From: Chiloscyllium plagiosum | Lineage: Eukaryota | Assembly: GCF_004010195.1 (NCBI RefSeq) | Contig: NC_057731.1 | Coordinates: forward strand, 43,057,084-43,121,083 | Direction: 5' to 3' | Length of the DNA: 64,000 nucleotides | In this document: positions 24,512-38,777 of the stretch, in pieces | How the letters are laid out: each line of letters starts with the position of its first letter | Position numbering within the stretch: position 1 is the stretch's first letter | The notes under the pieces: generated by a model | Told to the model about the DNA's origin: nothing | Seen by the model: the letters and a program-made list of their open reading frames with translations, nothing else | The model's database searches: none | Program-made: the position numbers and the translations under genes

Positions 24512-26935
24512 GTCTGCCCTGCCTCAGCTGAGGGCCACACACTCTCAGAATTGCAAAGGACCCACTCTGCACTACATCCTCAGGAGAATTCATACTCTCA
24601 ACAAACAGTATTTCACTCCATCTCAAAACATCAAAAACTATAAGTACAACAACCTTTTATCTACCCACCTCCACAACCAGCGCTCCTCAAACATTCCACT
24701 AGATTCCCCTGGTCTCTGGAACGTGTTTGCCACCACTTCCGCCCCACCAACGCCACTCACCTGCATTCTGCTGACACGCCCCCCCACAGATCCCACTGTC
24801 ACCATCCCCGCCCCCCAGAACCCTGAGGGGAACACCACCCCTACTCATGGCTCCAGCTGCATTCCCCACACTTCTTCCGCCGCCTTAGCCTCCGAGCTTA
24901 CTTTCACAATCAGGACTCCCGCCCACCTTCCGAGGACCCCTTCACCCATCTCCAACACACTGCATCCACCTGGACACCCCGCGCTGGCCTATTACCTGCC
25001 CTTGACCTCTTCATTTCCAACTGCCGCCGGGACATTAACCGCCTCCATCTGTCTACCTGCCTCCCCCACTCCAACTTCTCACCCGCACAATGTGCAGCCC
25101 TCCAATCCCGACCTCACCATCAAGCCAGCAGATAAAGGGGGCGCAGTGGTAGTCTGGCACACTGACCTCTACACCGCTGAAGCCAAATGCCAACTCGAGG
25201 ACACCTCTTCCTATCGTCCCCTCAACCATGACCACACCCCCATCACCAAACCATCATCTCCCAGACCATACAGAACCTCATCACCTCAGGAGATCTCCCA
25301 CTCACAGCTTCGAACCTCATAGTCCGGGAACCCCGCACTGCCCGGTTCTACCTCCTTCCCAAGAGCCACAAGTCTGACCACCCTGGCCAACCCCTTGTCT
25401 CAGCATGCTCCTGCCCCACTGAACTAATTTCTACCTACCTCGACATTGTCCTATCCCCTCTGGTCCAGGAACTCCCCACATACGTTCGAGACACCACCCA
25501 CGCCCTCCACCTCCTCCAAGACTTCCGTTTCCCCGGCCCCCAACGCCTCATCTTCACCATGGATATCCAATCCCTCTACACCTCCATCCGCCATGACCAG
25601 GGCCTCCAAGCCCTCAGTTTCTTCCTCTCCCGATGTCCCCAGCAGTACCCTTCCACCGACACTCTCATTCGCTTGGCCGAACTGGTCCTCACCCTTAACA
25701 AATTCTCCTTTGAATCCTCCCACTTCCTCCAGACCAAAGGGGTAGCCATGGGCACACGTATGGGCCCCAGCTATGCCTGTATCTTTGTTGGCTATGTAGA
25801 GCAGTTGATCTTCCGTAATTACACCGGCACCACTCCCCACCTCTTCCTCCGCTACATTGATGACTGCATTGGCGCCACCTCGTGCTCCCGCGAGGAGGTT
25901 GAGCAATTCATCAACTTCACCAACACATTCCACCCTGACCTTAAATTTACCTGGACCATCTCTGACACCTCCCTCCCCTTCCAGGACCTCTCCATCTNNN
26001 NNNNNNNNNNNNNNNNNNNNNNNNNNNNNNNNNNNNNNNNNNNNNNNNNNNNNNNNNNNNNNNNNNNNNNNNNNNNNNNNNNNNNNNNNNNNNNNNNNNN
26101 NNNNNNNNNNNNNNNNNNNNNNNNNNNNNNNNNNNNNNNNNNNNNNNNNNNNNNNNNNNNNNNNNNNNNNNNNNNNNNNNNNNNNNNNNNNNNNNNNNNN
26201 NNNNNNNNNNNNNNNNNNNNNNNNNNNNNNNNNNNNNNNNNNNNNNNNNNNNNNNNNNNNNNNNNNNNNNNNNNNNNNNNNNNNNNNNNNNNNNNNNNNN
26301 NNNNNNNNNNNNNNNNNNNNNNNNNNNNNNNNNNNNNNNNNNNNNNNNNNNNNNNNNNNNNNNNNNNNNNNNNNNNNNNNNNNNNNNNNNNNNNNNNNNN
26401 NNNNNNNNNNNNNNNNNNNNNNNNNNNNNNNNNNNNNNNNNNNNNNNNNNNNNNNNNNNNNNNNNNNNNNNNNNNNNNNNNNNNNNNNNNNNNNNNNNNN
26501 NNNNNNNNNNNNNNNNNNNNNNNNNNNNNNNNNNNNNNNNNNNNNNNNNNNNNNNNNNNNNNNNNNNNNNNNNNNNNNNNNNNNNNNNNNNNNNNNNNNN
26601 NNNNNNNNNNNNNNNNNNNNNNNNNNNNNNNNNNNNNNNNNNNNNNNNNNNNNNNNNNNNNNNNNNNNNNNNNNNNNNNNNNNNNNNNNNNNNNNNNNNN
26701 NNNNNNNNNNNNNNNNNNNNNNNNNNNNNNNNNNNNNNNNNNNNNNNNNNNNNNNNNNNNNNNNNNNNNNNNNNNNNNNNNNNNNNNNNNNNNNNNNNNN
26801 NNNNNNNNNNNNNNNNNNNNNNNNNNNNNNNNNNNNNNNNNNNNNNNNNNNNNNNNNNNNNNNNNNNNNNNNNNNNNNNNNNNNNNNNNNNNNNNNNNNN
26901 NNNNNNNNNNNNNNNNNNNNNNNNNNNNNTCCAGA
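24512..26935 (+). mobile_element. Penelope-like retroelement (Neptune-like RT), frameshifted, 3' part in the assembly gap
   Basis: NPDLTIKPADKGGAVVVW, MDIQSLYTSI, GVAMGTRMGPSYA, RYIDD and HPDLKFTW motifs. Perfect 12-bp TSD ATTTTTTCTACA at 24500-24511 and 26936-26947. Confidence 0.9.
25998..26929. other. Assembly gap (932 N)
   Basis: Run of N characters. Confidence 1.
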
Positions 26936-27870
26936 ATTTTTTCTACATTGTCAGATACATGCCAGTGCTGAAACTGTAGTGAAACAGCTCAGGTAGGGAC
27001 GTGGCTAGTTCTTAAATCTTCAGTATTATTGCCAGGATGTCGTAAGGACGTATAGCCTCTGAGTGTCCAGGGTCTTCAGCCATTTCTCGATTGCACATTG
27101 GTTGAACCAAATTGGTTGAGGACTTTGATGCTGGGGACTTCAGGTGGCGGCCGGAACTGATTATCCACTCAAATCTTCTGACTGAAGATGAATTCAACAC
27201 TTCAGCAACTTTTGCACTGTTGTGCTGGCCTCAGTCATCATTGAAAATGGAGGTACTTGTGCAGCCACCTTCTCCTGCTAGTTACTTAAACATCTACTGC
27301 CATTTATGGCTAAGTGTGGCAAGACTGCAGAGCTTAGATCTAATATGCCCAGTCTATTGCATACTCCTCTGTTTGACACGTAAATAGTCCCATGTTGTAG
27401 CTTCACCAGTTTGAGATCTCATTTTTACTTATACCTGTTGCAGCTCCTACATTCCCCACCAAACATTTCCAGGGCAGGTACAGCACAAAAACTGAAAGTT
27501 CCCACCTGAAGGTTAATCACAAATCATTCATTCTTCAATCATCCCCAACACCTCCATTAAAGCGTGAGGAACAGTATTTCATCTGTCAATTAGACACTTT
27601 ACAGCTTTTCAGACTCAATAGCAAATTTGACATGCTTTGGATCATTACCTGCAGCTGTTGGTACTAATTCTGTTATTTCCACCACACTTCTTCTGAACAC
27701 ATCTTTTGTTTAAAAGATGAAACAGAAGGGATGGAACAAGAGGAGGTGCATGAACATGATACCAGAGTAGTACAAGGAGAGTAGAACTGAACAGTTTGGA
27801 TTACTGTAATACTGTGTTCAAGTGAAGTGGACACTATTTAAGGATTTGAGTAGCACAGATCTAATCTAAT

Positions 27871-28055
27871 TACAGAGGAACCTCGATCATCCGAAGAACA
27901 CGGACAGGGAGTATTTTGTTCAGGTAATCGAGTGCTGGATAAATCTATGCCGGATAACATCGTTAGCCATGTGATCTTATTAAGACCTTGTGATCTTATT
28001 TGGATCATCCAAAATTCAGTTAAATCAAATGCCGGATAACCGAGGTTTCTTTGTA
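27871..28055. mobile_element. Tc1/mariner (Tigger-like) MITE
   Basis: TIRs TACAGAGGAACCTCGATCATCCG / CGGATAACCGAGGTTTCTTTGTA with TA ends. Confidence 0.75.
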
Positions 28056-28168
28056 TAACACTGAACTACACAACAACTCTGGATGAAATATCCACAGAAA
28101 TCTACAAACACTAAAATTTGCAATGTTAAATAGGTGCTTGCAATTAGCCGCCAACGCAAGTATACTTA

Positions 28169-28447
<279 letters not shown>

Positions 28448-28540
28448 TCACTACATACAATCCACACAGTTGGAAACTGATAAATAATACTAGATCCTCA
28501 CAATGCACAAGTCAAGCTAAGCAGTAAAAATCACATCTTA

Positions 28541-28699
<159 letters not shown>

Positions 28700-29275
28700 T
28701 TATTAAACTGACTGCAGGCGCTGAGGCAGCCGTGTCCCAGGCCCCAGCTCCTGTAGAGCAGAAAAGTGTATATTTTTGCTGAAATATATAGAAACCATTA
28801 TTAGACAAGAACTCATGGTGATTCTGCTATTTAAAAGAAATGGCAGGACTAAAAAGAATGTCCAAAGCCCACTTGCACTCCATTCATTGTCCTTTATTAA
28901 TGTTGGGAAAGTAAATACAGATAATTAATGCTTTCACTCAATAGACCTTGGGCACTCCTCTAATCTTTAACTGCAAACATGCACAATTGTATAGCTCAGT
29001 GATCCAATTGAAAGAATACTGGAAAATTATACCAATACTCCTAATGAGACAATCACAACTTGCCTGTCCAAAGCCTAGTGAAGCATAAATGGCTTTTCTT
29101 GATAAAGGCTACCAATGAAAACACTAACTTCTTGTTTCTGTCTCAGATGCTGACTAATATGTAGTATCTCATTGATATCTCATGAACAGAGTCTTTTACT
29201 TTTGGGTCCTAACAAATATTTTTTTCTTACATCTCAGACACTGTTACAAGCAGATTTTCAGACACAATACGAATA

Positions 29276-29653
<378 letters not shown>

Positions 29654-29908
29654 TCAGGCTCATGAAAGGCTGACAGTATTCTGAGACGTACCACTGAACA
29701 CTACTCAGTGAAGAAGGATCCAGCCATTTCTGAGCTGAGTGAAAACACCAGACTCCCTCTTGCTGTAGTACCTGCTTTTTGCCACAGGAGACCTCCAATG
29801 AGCCAAATATGGAAAACCAACAGCAGCTCAATGTGATCTGGAGTTGAGTTTATTTTCTGGAATGCAGGATCTTCCTGATATTCTCCAATTTCCTCAGAGA
29901 AAAAGAAA

Positions 29909-29973
29909 AAGGGGAGCGCGGAAGAGAAGGGGGGGCGCGGAAGAGAAGGGGGCGCGTGGAAGAGGAGGGGGGG
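29909..29973 (+). repeat. Short GA/CpG-rich tandem repeat (about 3 x GGGGGCGCGGAAGAGAA)
   Basis: Units directly visible in the sequence. Confidence 0.8.
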
Positions 29974-30199
29974 AAATTTGAAGAAAATTGTCAAAACATT
30001 CATGACAATACAAAAAAAAATTGATTCTCTACCCCAAAGGTTTATCAATACTCAATCATTGAACACATTAAAAGATGACAGAGACAGATTTTTGGTTTCT
30101 CAGGGCATTTAGGTGTTTCAGAGGGGTGGGCAAGTTGAGTTGATGCCTAAGATCAGCCATAACCGTACTTAATGACAGAGAAGGCTTGACAGCCAAATG

Positions 30200-31810
30200 G
30201 TATCCCTTACTGCTACTTCTTGTGTTTTTGCAAAGTCGATCAGTAAAAAGAGAATTGTTAAAAACAAGGTGAAATTGTAGAAGAGGACTGTTAATCTGTA
30301 AATAATGATCAATAAAGGATGAAGTGTTTAATAAATATTTGTGCATCAGATTTTTATTGGAGATGTGGATGACAGTGAAAGGAATATTGTAAATACAAAT
30401 GTCTGCTCGAATACATCATAAGATCAGGCAGAAGATAAGGGGAGAAACTGTACAGTCCCAAGAAATGGCATTTCCGAGCATTATTGGGTGTGGCTGCAAG
30501 TAAGGGAACTGGAAAGTACCCAATGTGGAACCGCTTTTAAAACAGGAAACAGTTCCTCTGGGTAAAAGCAGGGCAGTGAACATTTGTGGTAGAAAAAAAC
30601 TTTAGTCTTTAATTATGGATTAAATTACCATGAGTATGAAGAGAAAAGAGAAGCAGCCAGCATGAATTTTCAAAAAGGACAACTGTGTTTGGCATTTCAA
30701 ATGGGAATAATTTAGTAAACACAAGTGTGGCGTGACTTTAGGAAAATCTTTAATATGATGATCAAGGGTTCAAACCTATTGCATGTGGATGGCAAACTGC
30801 ACGAAAGAGTTGGTTAGAAGAGAGAACAGCGAGATTACAGACAGTTTTCCAAAGTGGTTGAATGTGAACATTTGCATCCACGTGAATCTCACTGTGTATA
30901 GCAACAATTTGGATACAGGGCTAGAGGGCATGGTGTTAAATTTACAAATGGAATGAAAATATCAGGTTCTTTACAAGATAAAAGTAAGATGGAATAATCA
31001 GTTATAAAGTGAGAGAGGGCATTCAATTGGAAATTGTGAGGAGGCAACATTTAGTTTTGTTACAGCAAGAATGACTATGAATACACTTTAAGTCAGCACT
31101 GGGGAAAGGGTAGTGAGATTTAGGAGAAAGATTTTTGTTTACTCATTCAAGAAACATGGGTGTTACTGGCTATTCACAGGACAGTAAAGATATCAGCACC
31201 TCAGGGTGATAAGGCTATGAAACAAGCTAAAGAAATTGAAGCTTTTAAACAAGAGAGATACAGAAATATAAAACACAAGGTGTTAAAATAAGCAGATATA
31301 AAATCTTAAGATGTTAGAGGTATTTTAAGAAAATGTTCACATTTCAGAAAAAAGGTTAGGCTTTTAGAGACGGTACAGAGTGGATTTTTAGAATGATGCC
31401 CGATAAGAAGAAAAATTTTGAGGGGAAGTGGAGAAAAATCAATCGTTTTCACCCTAATAAAGTAAATTAAAGAGCGATAATGACATGTTTGAAATCATGA
31501 AAGGATGTGACAAAACAGAGTGAACCAAGCTGTTTCCTTTGGTTGAGACTCTGAAATAAAAAGCCACTGAGACAAAATTAAATTAAGGTAATTTTGGCCA
31601 GAGGACAGGGAGACTTCTTCAGACAGACAGTTAGTAGGCCATTATTTCCAGGGTTAGTAGGTGAGGTCGAAACTACTGAAGGTTAGATAAATCAAAATAA
31701 ACTGAGATAAACGATTATAGATACATGGAAATGTGAACTGGACTATTTATTCATGGAGTGTAAATGGCAACATGGACTGTTTGGATGAATGTCTGTTTCC
31801 ATGTTGCACC
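30200..31810 (+). mobile_element. Very old CR1-type LINE relic
   Basis: Scattered CR1-like segments (CAGCCAGCATGAATTT, ATGTTTGAAATCATGAAAGG, CTGTTTCCATGTTG tail). Confidence 0.5.
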
Positions 31811-31909
31811 ATCTAAACATCTATTTCTTCTTATTATTTTCATCACAAAGATTAAAGCTAGACACAGCCAATGTCAGAATAACTTACGGCACAATTCAAC
31901 AGAACTTAC

Positions 31910-31958
31910 CCAGCATTACTGCATCTACAGCTCCTCCAGCACAGAACTCTATCAGAAT
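31910..31958 (-). CDS. SLK: SLK coding exon (exon 3 equivalent), hinge region
   Basis: 49 nt micro-exon absent from the ORF track, cccacAG|ATT...CTGG|GTaagt. Encodes ILIEFCAGGAVDAVML, and the phase matches both neighbouring exons. Confidence 0.96.
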
Positions 31959-32169
31959 CTGTGGGAAGAGAAGGTTGCTGGTTAGAGACAGGTCAACATA
32001 GGTCTTAAAACAATGGTGCAACAGCCAACAACCTTTGTACACAATTTACTCTAATGAATGATAAGTCTGCTCCATCATTCAAGGTGACTATGGCTCATTT
32101 GCACTTCCACCAACCCAGCTTTGAACTATATCCTGTGAGACCCTTATTTAATGTCGGATGTTGTTTATT

Positions 32170-34097
32170 AAATACTGTTTCAAAGTCCATATAAAGTCCC
32201 ATATAAGAGACTGTTGACTTAAGCAGAAGTCCACGGAACGGAGGTCGGATCACTGACGGGGCTGGGAAATTAGTTGAGTGTCACAGGACAGAAAGTAGGG
32301 ATAATGGATAGGGCCTCAATTTTTTTTTTAATGAATGCCTTGGATAATGGCATACAAATTTACATATCAAAATCAGTTGATGACACAAAGTTAAGCGGCA
32401 CCATAGACAGTGTAGATGATAGCATAAAATTACAAAGACATATTAATAGTCTAAGTGAATGGAGAAAACTGGGTCTGATGGAGTTTAAAGTAAATGTGAG
32501 ATTTGTTAAATACAGTAAATATCCAGAGACCTGGGTGTTTAGATGCATATATTGTTAAAATGTCATAAACAGGTGTAGAAAATAATCAAGTTAGTTAATA
32601 GAATGCTGGCCTTTATATCGAGAGGGCTGAAGTATAAGGTCACAAACGTTATGCTGCAGTTATACAAAACCCTGATTAGGCCCCACTTAGACTCGTGAGC
32701 AAATCTGGGCACCGTACCTTATAAAGGATATACAGATATTGGCCTTAGAGGGAGTACAACATAGGTTTGCAAGAATATTCCCTTGGTCCTCACATTCCAC
32801 CCCAATCTTCAAACCCAATGCTTCATCCTCCATCATTTTCTCCACCTGCAGTCTGACCCCACCACCAAAAAGACTTTTCTTTCCCCACCATAGGGAACGT
32901 TCCCTCCGCAACTCCCTCATTGGTCCACACTCCCCATCAACCTCTCCTCCACACCTGGCACCTTTCCCTTCAACTGCAGGAGATGCAACACTTGTCACCA
33001 CATCTCCCCTCTTATCTCCATTCAAGGCCCCAAAGAATCATTCCGAGTCCAGCAGAGATTTATTTGCATTTCCTCCAACTCGATTTACTGCATCTGTTGC
33101 TCCGGATGTGGTCTCCTCTACTCTATATCAGAGAGACTGAACGCAAACTCAGGGACCAGTTCAGGGAACATCTAAGGTCTGCATGCTCCAATCAACCCCA
33201 CCTCTTAATTGCCAGCCATTTTAACTCCTCCTCTCATCCCTTAATGACACGTCCATCCTTGGCTTCCTCCACCTTCAAAATAAGGCAACACGCAAACTAG
33301 AGGAACAGCACCATGTCTCAACAGAATTCACAAGCTTCCAAATCTGTCCACTCCCCACCGCATTCCAGGTCCAGCCGTCTCTGTCCACCCCCAACCCTTG
33401 ACCTGATCTAACCTGTCCATCTTCCTTCCTGCCTGTCTGCTCCACCCTTCTTACTGACCAATCTCGATCACCTCCTACCTGCATCCACTTATCGCCATCC
33501 CACCTACCTTTCCCACAGCCCCAACCCCCCCTTTTTTATTTATTTCTCAACCCTCTTCTGCCCCCACTCCTAGTTCTGTGGAAGGATCCTGCCCAAAACA
33601 TCGATGATGCTGCTTGACCTGCAGTGGTTTTTTCAGCTCCACATTTGATCAACCCTAAGAATGAATGAAAGCTATACTTTAGGGATTATTTTATGAGGAG
33701 ACATTATACAAATTAGGTCGGTTTTCTCTAGAATTTAGAAGGTTAAGGGATGATCTAATCAAGTCTTCAAGATATTAACAGAAGACAGGATAGATAAACT
33801 GTTTCCATTGGTTCGAGATTCTAGAACATGTGGGCGTAGTCTCAGAATTAGGGCCAGACAGTTCAGGAGAGACATTACATGCAAAGGATGGTAGATGTTT
33901 GGAATTCTCTACTATAAATGGCAATGGATGCTGAATCAGTTGTTAATTTTAAATCAGAGATGGATAAAATTTTCTAAGCAAAGATATTGAGAGATATGGG
34001 TCAGGTTGGCATATGCAATTAGGCCACAAATTAGCCATGAACTCAGCGAATGGTGGAAGAGGCTCAAGGGGTTGAATGGCCTACGCCTGTTCCTATG
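32170..34097 (+). mobile_element. Decayed CR1 LINE interrupted by a Penelope fragment
   Basis: ISKSVDDTKLSG and ALEGVQHRFARI before 32780. It resumes at about 33655 with GAATTTAGAAGGTTAAGGGATGATCTAAT and a CCTACGCCTGTTCCTATG tail. Confidence 0.75.
32780..33655 (+). mobile_element. Penelope-like 3' fragment: GIY-YIG endonuclease relic, pyrimidine-rich 3' region, decayed hammerhead end
   Basis: LLYIRETERKLRDQFREHLRSACSNQPHLLIASHFNS and RKLEEQH. The end reads TTCTGTGGAAGGATCCTGCCCAAAACATC..GATGCTGCTTGACCTGC. Confidence 0.8.
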
Positions 34098-34510
34098 ACA
34101 GAATGAATTCTGTACATTTTTATAAAAATGTATTAAAGATTAAAGTTATACAGAAACAAAGTCTTAAGCAGAAAACAAGTTGAGGGAAAAATGCCTTGCT
34201 CAATCATGTGTACATATATATGTTACAAAAGTCTATCTGGCTGTTATGTCACTTAATCCCTTTGATTATTCTGTTGTTATAGTGTTGGGGGTGGGGGGAT
34301 TGTAAGATTCAGCTTTCACAAGAAAGCTCCCGCTAGGCCCTGGAAGTCTTGGTGCAGTACCAGCATGAAAGGTTGCGCATTGTCAATGCTATTTTTCTAA
34401 ACCTTTAAAGGGCCCAGTCATCTGCAGAGTTGGGAACACACAGAGGGTCAGCAGGATTGGAACTAGTGCAAAAAAAAAAGACTATGAGGTTAAGACTGGT
34501 CATAAAAGGT

Positions 34511-34629
34511 TCCTGAAGGGCTTATGCCCGAAACGTCAATTCTGCTCCTCGGACGCTGCCTGGCCTGCTGCGTTTTTCCAGCACCACATTTTTCAACTGT
34601 GGTCTCCAGCATCTGCAGTCCTCACTTTC
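34511..34629 (+). mobile_element. Monomeric PLE-derived hammerhead element with TSD
   Basis: TC-CTGA-A-GGGCTTATGCCC-GAAA-CGTC (3 nt of the core missing). Flanks TCATAAAAGGT (34500-34510) and TCATAAAAAGGT (34630-34641). Confidence 0.82.
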
Positions 34630-34719
34630 TCATAAAAAGGTAAGCCACCTGACAATATCAAAAGTTAGCTGCTCTGCTGTAGGTAGAGAATGGTCTATCC
34701 CAGACAGAATGTTGCTGTA

Positions 34720-34951
34720 GACAAAAGTAGAAATTGCTGGAAAAGCTCAGCAGGTATGGCAGCATTTGTGGAGAGCAATCAGAGTTAATGTTTCAGGTTG
34801 AGTGACCCTCCCTTAGTTCTGAGGAATGGTCACTCCACCTGAAACATTAACTAATTTCTCTCCACAGATGCTCCCAGACCCGTTGCGCTTTTCCAGCAAT
34901 TTCTATTTTTGTTTCAGATTTACAGCATCTGCAGTTCTTTTGGTTTTTATT
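34720..34951. mobile_element. Head-to-head palindromic PLE hammerhead element
   Basis: Arms AGAAATTGCTGGAAAAGC..GTTAATGTTTCAGGT..GAGTGACC / GGTCACTC..ACCTGAAACATTAAC..GCTTTTCCAGCAATTTCT. Plus-strand CTGAGGA-A-TGGTCACTCCACCT-GAAA-CATT. Confidence 0.82.
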
Positions 34952-37900
34952 TAGGATGCTCCTGTAGCAGACTCTGAACAGTTAAGATTGGGAGAAATCC
35001 TGGTAACTATTTGTGCAATTACAAGTGCGGGCTGAGACTCAAGAAAGACCCTGGGAGCTGTGTGGGTTTGTGAACCGTCAATATTACCATGTAACAGAGT
35101 CGAGGTGAAGGAAGCTCACAAGGAATACTTTCTTGCTGCAGCTAAGATTGGAGCTTGGAGAATACTACCAATTGCAATAAAGCCTGGTAAAGCGGTCTGT
35201 CTGCAGAAAAGCTGGGATTGTGCCCATGAGCAGGTGCGTGTAGAGTTTCAAGAATTCAGGGAAATGCAGTCCCAGGAAAGAAGACTGAACTACTAGGACT
35301 GAAGCGGTGGATCATGACAGTCCACAGTGCAGAGGCTATTGAGAGAGTTTCAAGGAATCAAAGCTTCATGAGATTTGGTGATCCACAATGGCGTGTGCGC
35401 GCATGTGTGTGTCACTGAGAAATCCACAGGGTCTGTTTTAACTATATTTGCCATTTGATGTAGTATGACTGGATAGGTAAGATCCCATTTGGCTTAAAAG
35501 ATAATTTTTGTTTTTGATTTAACTTAATGGTCTTTCATCAAAACACAAACACACAATGTTGCAGATTTAGTTTTTTATTATAAACTGCAAGTTTATTATG
35601 CAAAAGAAATGAAAACAAAATGGAATAAACTGAACTGTTTACATATAATACAAGTTTAAAGATTTAGAAATTGACATGATCCAGTTAGAAAAGAGTCTGC
35701 TGGTACTTTAACCCCACTATTATCAGGGTTATCACACAAATTAAGTAGTACTCCAAGTCCCCAATTTAGTAGGAAAAATTAGTAGGGAGACAGTTCAATA
35801 GTACCAATCCATGGTATTTGATAAGGTCTCCACTTTGTTTCCTAAGATCTTTTGTTCTCCAATCCCTTTATTTCCAGATCCTTTCAATTCTTTATAGATT
35901 ATATAGTGTGGTTGGTATACCAATTGTAACATCTTGCAGTCACTAGTTAGAGGAAACAGTTTACACCAGCCAGTGGGAGAGAATCTCTAGCTATCTTCCA
36001 GGCTTTGGTTACTTCACTGCAGAGAAAAAAGATCTTGACTGCTGCAGTGTGGAGGCTTCTCCCCCTGTATTGCAAACACACAGCAGTTCACCTCTCATCA
36101 TGCTCAGCATCCACAATTGGCCCCATCTGCACAAATCAATCAGCAAATCTCACTGAGGTGCCTTAAATAATTGAGATTAAATTTTGGAGAAATGACATAC
36201 ACCTTACAGCATAAATGTGTGAGGGTGCTCAACCACAATTTGCTATTTAAACATATTTACTTCCTGCTATTTCTGGACATTCTTCAGATATTGTTTTAAC
36301 TTCACATAGTAATATTCTAAATCTGGATAGTAATGTTGATTGTTGTTTGTTCAAAACCACAGAACCTTGTCATTTTACTTACTATTTACCTCAGAGATCA
36401 AACATTGTCTACTGCTTAAAAGAAGTTACTGGTTCCTAGCCAGATAACATGTACATTTTTGTTATCTCAAGTTGGTGCATCACAAAGAGGTTCTCTGGAT
36501 AAAATGGCTGCTAAAAGCACAATATATTCAAGGAATCAAGGGTAGCAACCCATAGTCCTTCTGAACACATTTGCAAATGATTACACACAATAGTCCAAAA
36601 AAGTGCTTCTGCTGCTTTCAATCTGAACTCCCACCCAGCTGTATTTAGTATTCTAACCATGAATAAACATGTAAAGTTTAACTCTTTGTTTACAGGGTGT
36701 TGGAAGTAGGCTGAGGTCCAGAAGCTGTTTGTCAAGTGACATGTCTTGAGAGATGGTCAGTTGCTAATGGTACAAGTGTCTGAAGGCAGACTGCTGGTAG
36801 GGGAGGAAGAGTGACGTGATGTAACTAACATCTGAGATACACCTTGCGCAGATCACAGAAGTTCAAGAACAGTCCCTATCCAGAAAGAAAATAAATCTGG
36901 GGATTTCATAAATTATATCTGGAAACTTCGTAAGAGGTAGTATATTGAAAAATGGAATCTTCATAGACTAATCCCCTGTAACTCTAGTCCAATAACCTAA
37001 CAAATGTATAAGAACAAAGCTAAAACAGTCAACATAGTATTCCAACACAAGTGCAAACCCCAGAATGTCTTGCAATCAGGCATCAGTTCATCTGCATCAC
37101 TTACAGGGAGTGCTCAGTGCTATGACGTCTGATAGATGTGGGTGGAGTGTTAGTTAATGTGGCCCCAAATATAATAAACAATGGCTCATAGTTCTAGAGA
37201 ATTCTGTGAAACTAACACACTGCAAGAAAGACTCAGCCTCCCATATGATCACTGCCCAGTGGTATGTCTTAGCTGCTCTCTATCCTTGGATAACAAATCA
37301 GCAGGCAGTTATGAACCAGCTCTCAGCATGAATCACTCATCACCTGATTCATTAGTAACTAATCTTTGCAATATTCATGCATCACATTTTAATTATGCAT
37401 CACATTTTAAAAGGACAAGTTTTCCAAGATTGTGTTTCATGAATTGCGGCTGTCCTCCTTTGAGAAAGGAAGGTTGAAAGGGTACGTAATAAATGTGTTC
37501 AAAAATCATGAAAAGCCGAGGTAGAATAAATAGAGAGACATCGCAGAAAGGCTGACAATCAGAGGACTGCAACTTAAATTGAATGACAAAAGAACCAATG
37601 GTAACAGAAGACAGCAAATGGTTAACACCTGGTACGCACCATCCAAGTATTTGGAGAAAGCATTTTGATCAAGGCTTTAAAAGGGGATATGATAATTATC
37701 CAAAAAGAAAATACATTTAAAACCATCAAGGTAAAGGAACAAACTGTGTTGCTCCTTAACAACTGGCACAGACACAGCAAACCAAAGAGCACCCAATGTA
37801 GTGATCCAAATCAGGTCCAGAAGTGCAACAGATTACCAAACACAGCCAGAAATAATTTTGTTTAAACATGGAAAAATACTGGATCAGAGACAAGAGCTGT

Positions 37901-38494
37901 AATCCTGTGATCCTACAAGGCTGTAATGTTGTGGAGAGCAGAATGGATAGAGAAAACATATAGCTTGGAAGTACTGTTTGTGTGAAGACGGTAATATAGA
38001 TTATCTTTGCTATATACAGCAAAAGTGCCCAAGCATTTCATTGATGGTGTATTAAGTTTATATGTTACAGTAAAAGTCTTGAAACTTGAAATATTGTTGT
38101 AAATTTCAAGATTGTCACTAGGAATACAATTATCTCCCTGCTCAGGGGATATTACTTCAAATCGCACGAAGAGCTCTACAGTTATCATTGTCGAAATGGA
38201 TTATAACAATTCGTTGAGCAGAAGTATACCCAGTACCCTAGATGTGAATGAACAAGATTTTAGTAATGCTGCAGCACAAGCTCCTGCCCTTCGTATCCTA
38301 GTTTTCTAATAACTCTTCTTTTTTGTACCTGATCATTTTATTTTTAAAAATTCAATCACAGGTTGTGGATATTACTTGCAAAGCTAGCAGTTATTGCTGA
38401 GCCCTCCTAACTCTTGAATTGTTTGCTAGGTCCAGGGGCCGAGTGGTATTATCACTGGACTGCTAATCCAGAGACCCAGGTAATTTTCTGGGGA

Positions 38495-38671
38495 ATACTG
38501 AAAGAACTACGGCTGCTGTAAATTGGAAACAAAAACAGAAAATGCTGGAAAAACTCAGCAGGTCTGGCAGCACCTGTGAAGAAAAATCAGATTTGACGAT
38601 TTAGGTCCAGTGACCCTTTCTCAAAGCTGCCAGATCTGCTGCATTTTTCCAGCAATTTCTGTTTTTGTCGT
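38495..38671 (-). mobile_element. PLE-derived partially palindromic element with 14-bp TSD
   Basis: TAATTTTCTGGGGA at 38481-38494 and 38672-38685. Inverted arms and a decayed hammerhead on the minus strand (TTGAGAAAGGGTCACTGGACCTAAATCGTC). Confidence 0.82.
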
Positions 38672-38777
38672 TAATTTTCTGGGGACCTGGGTTCAAATTC
38701 CAACATGGCAGACAGTGGTATCTGAATTCAATAAAAGTCTGGAATTAAGATTCTAATGATGACCATGACCATTGTCA

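Larger units (their letters stand above)
23950..27460 (-). mobile_element. Old LINE (L2/CR1 group) host sequence split by the Penelope insertion
   Basis: 24230-24510 and 26936-27460 continue one another and resemble 52130-52640 and 61380-61660. Confidence 0.6.
34221..36449. mobile_element. Possible long solo LTR or nested LTR-like region, carrying two hammerhead elements
   Basis: TGTTAC...ATAACA ends with TATA/TGTA flanks and non-coding content. A second insert may lie at about 35459-36208. Confidence 0.35.

Noticed and set aside
25559-26996. 470-aa and 379-aa ORFs in the track
   Set aside because: Their length comes from translating through the N gap. Only the Penelope RT part before 25998 is real.
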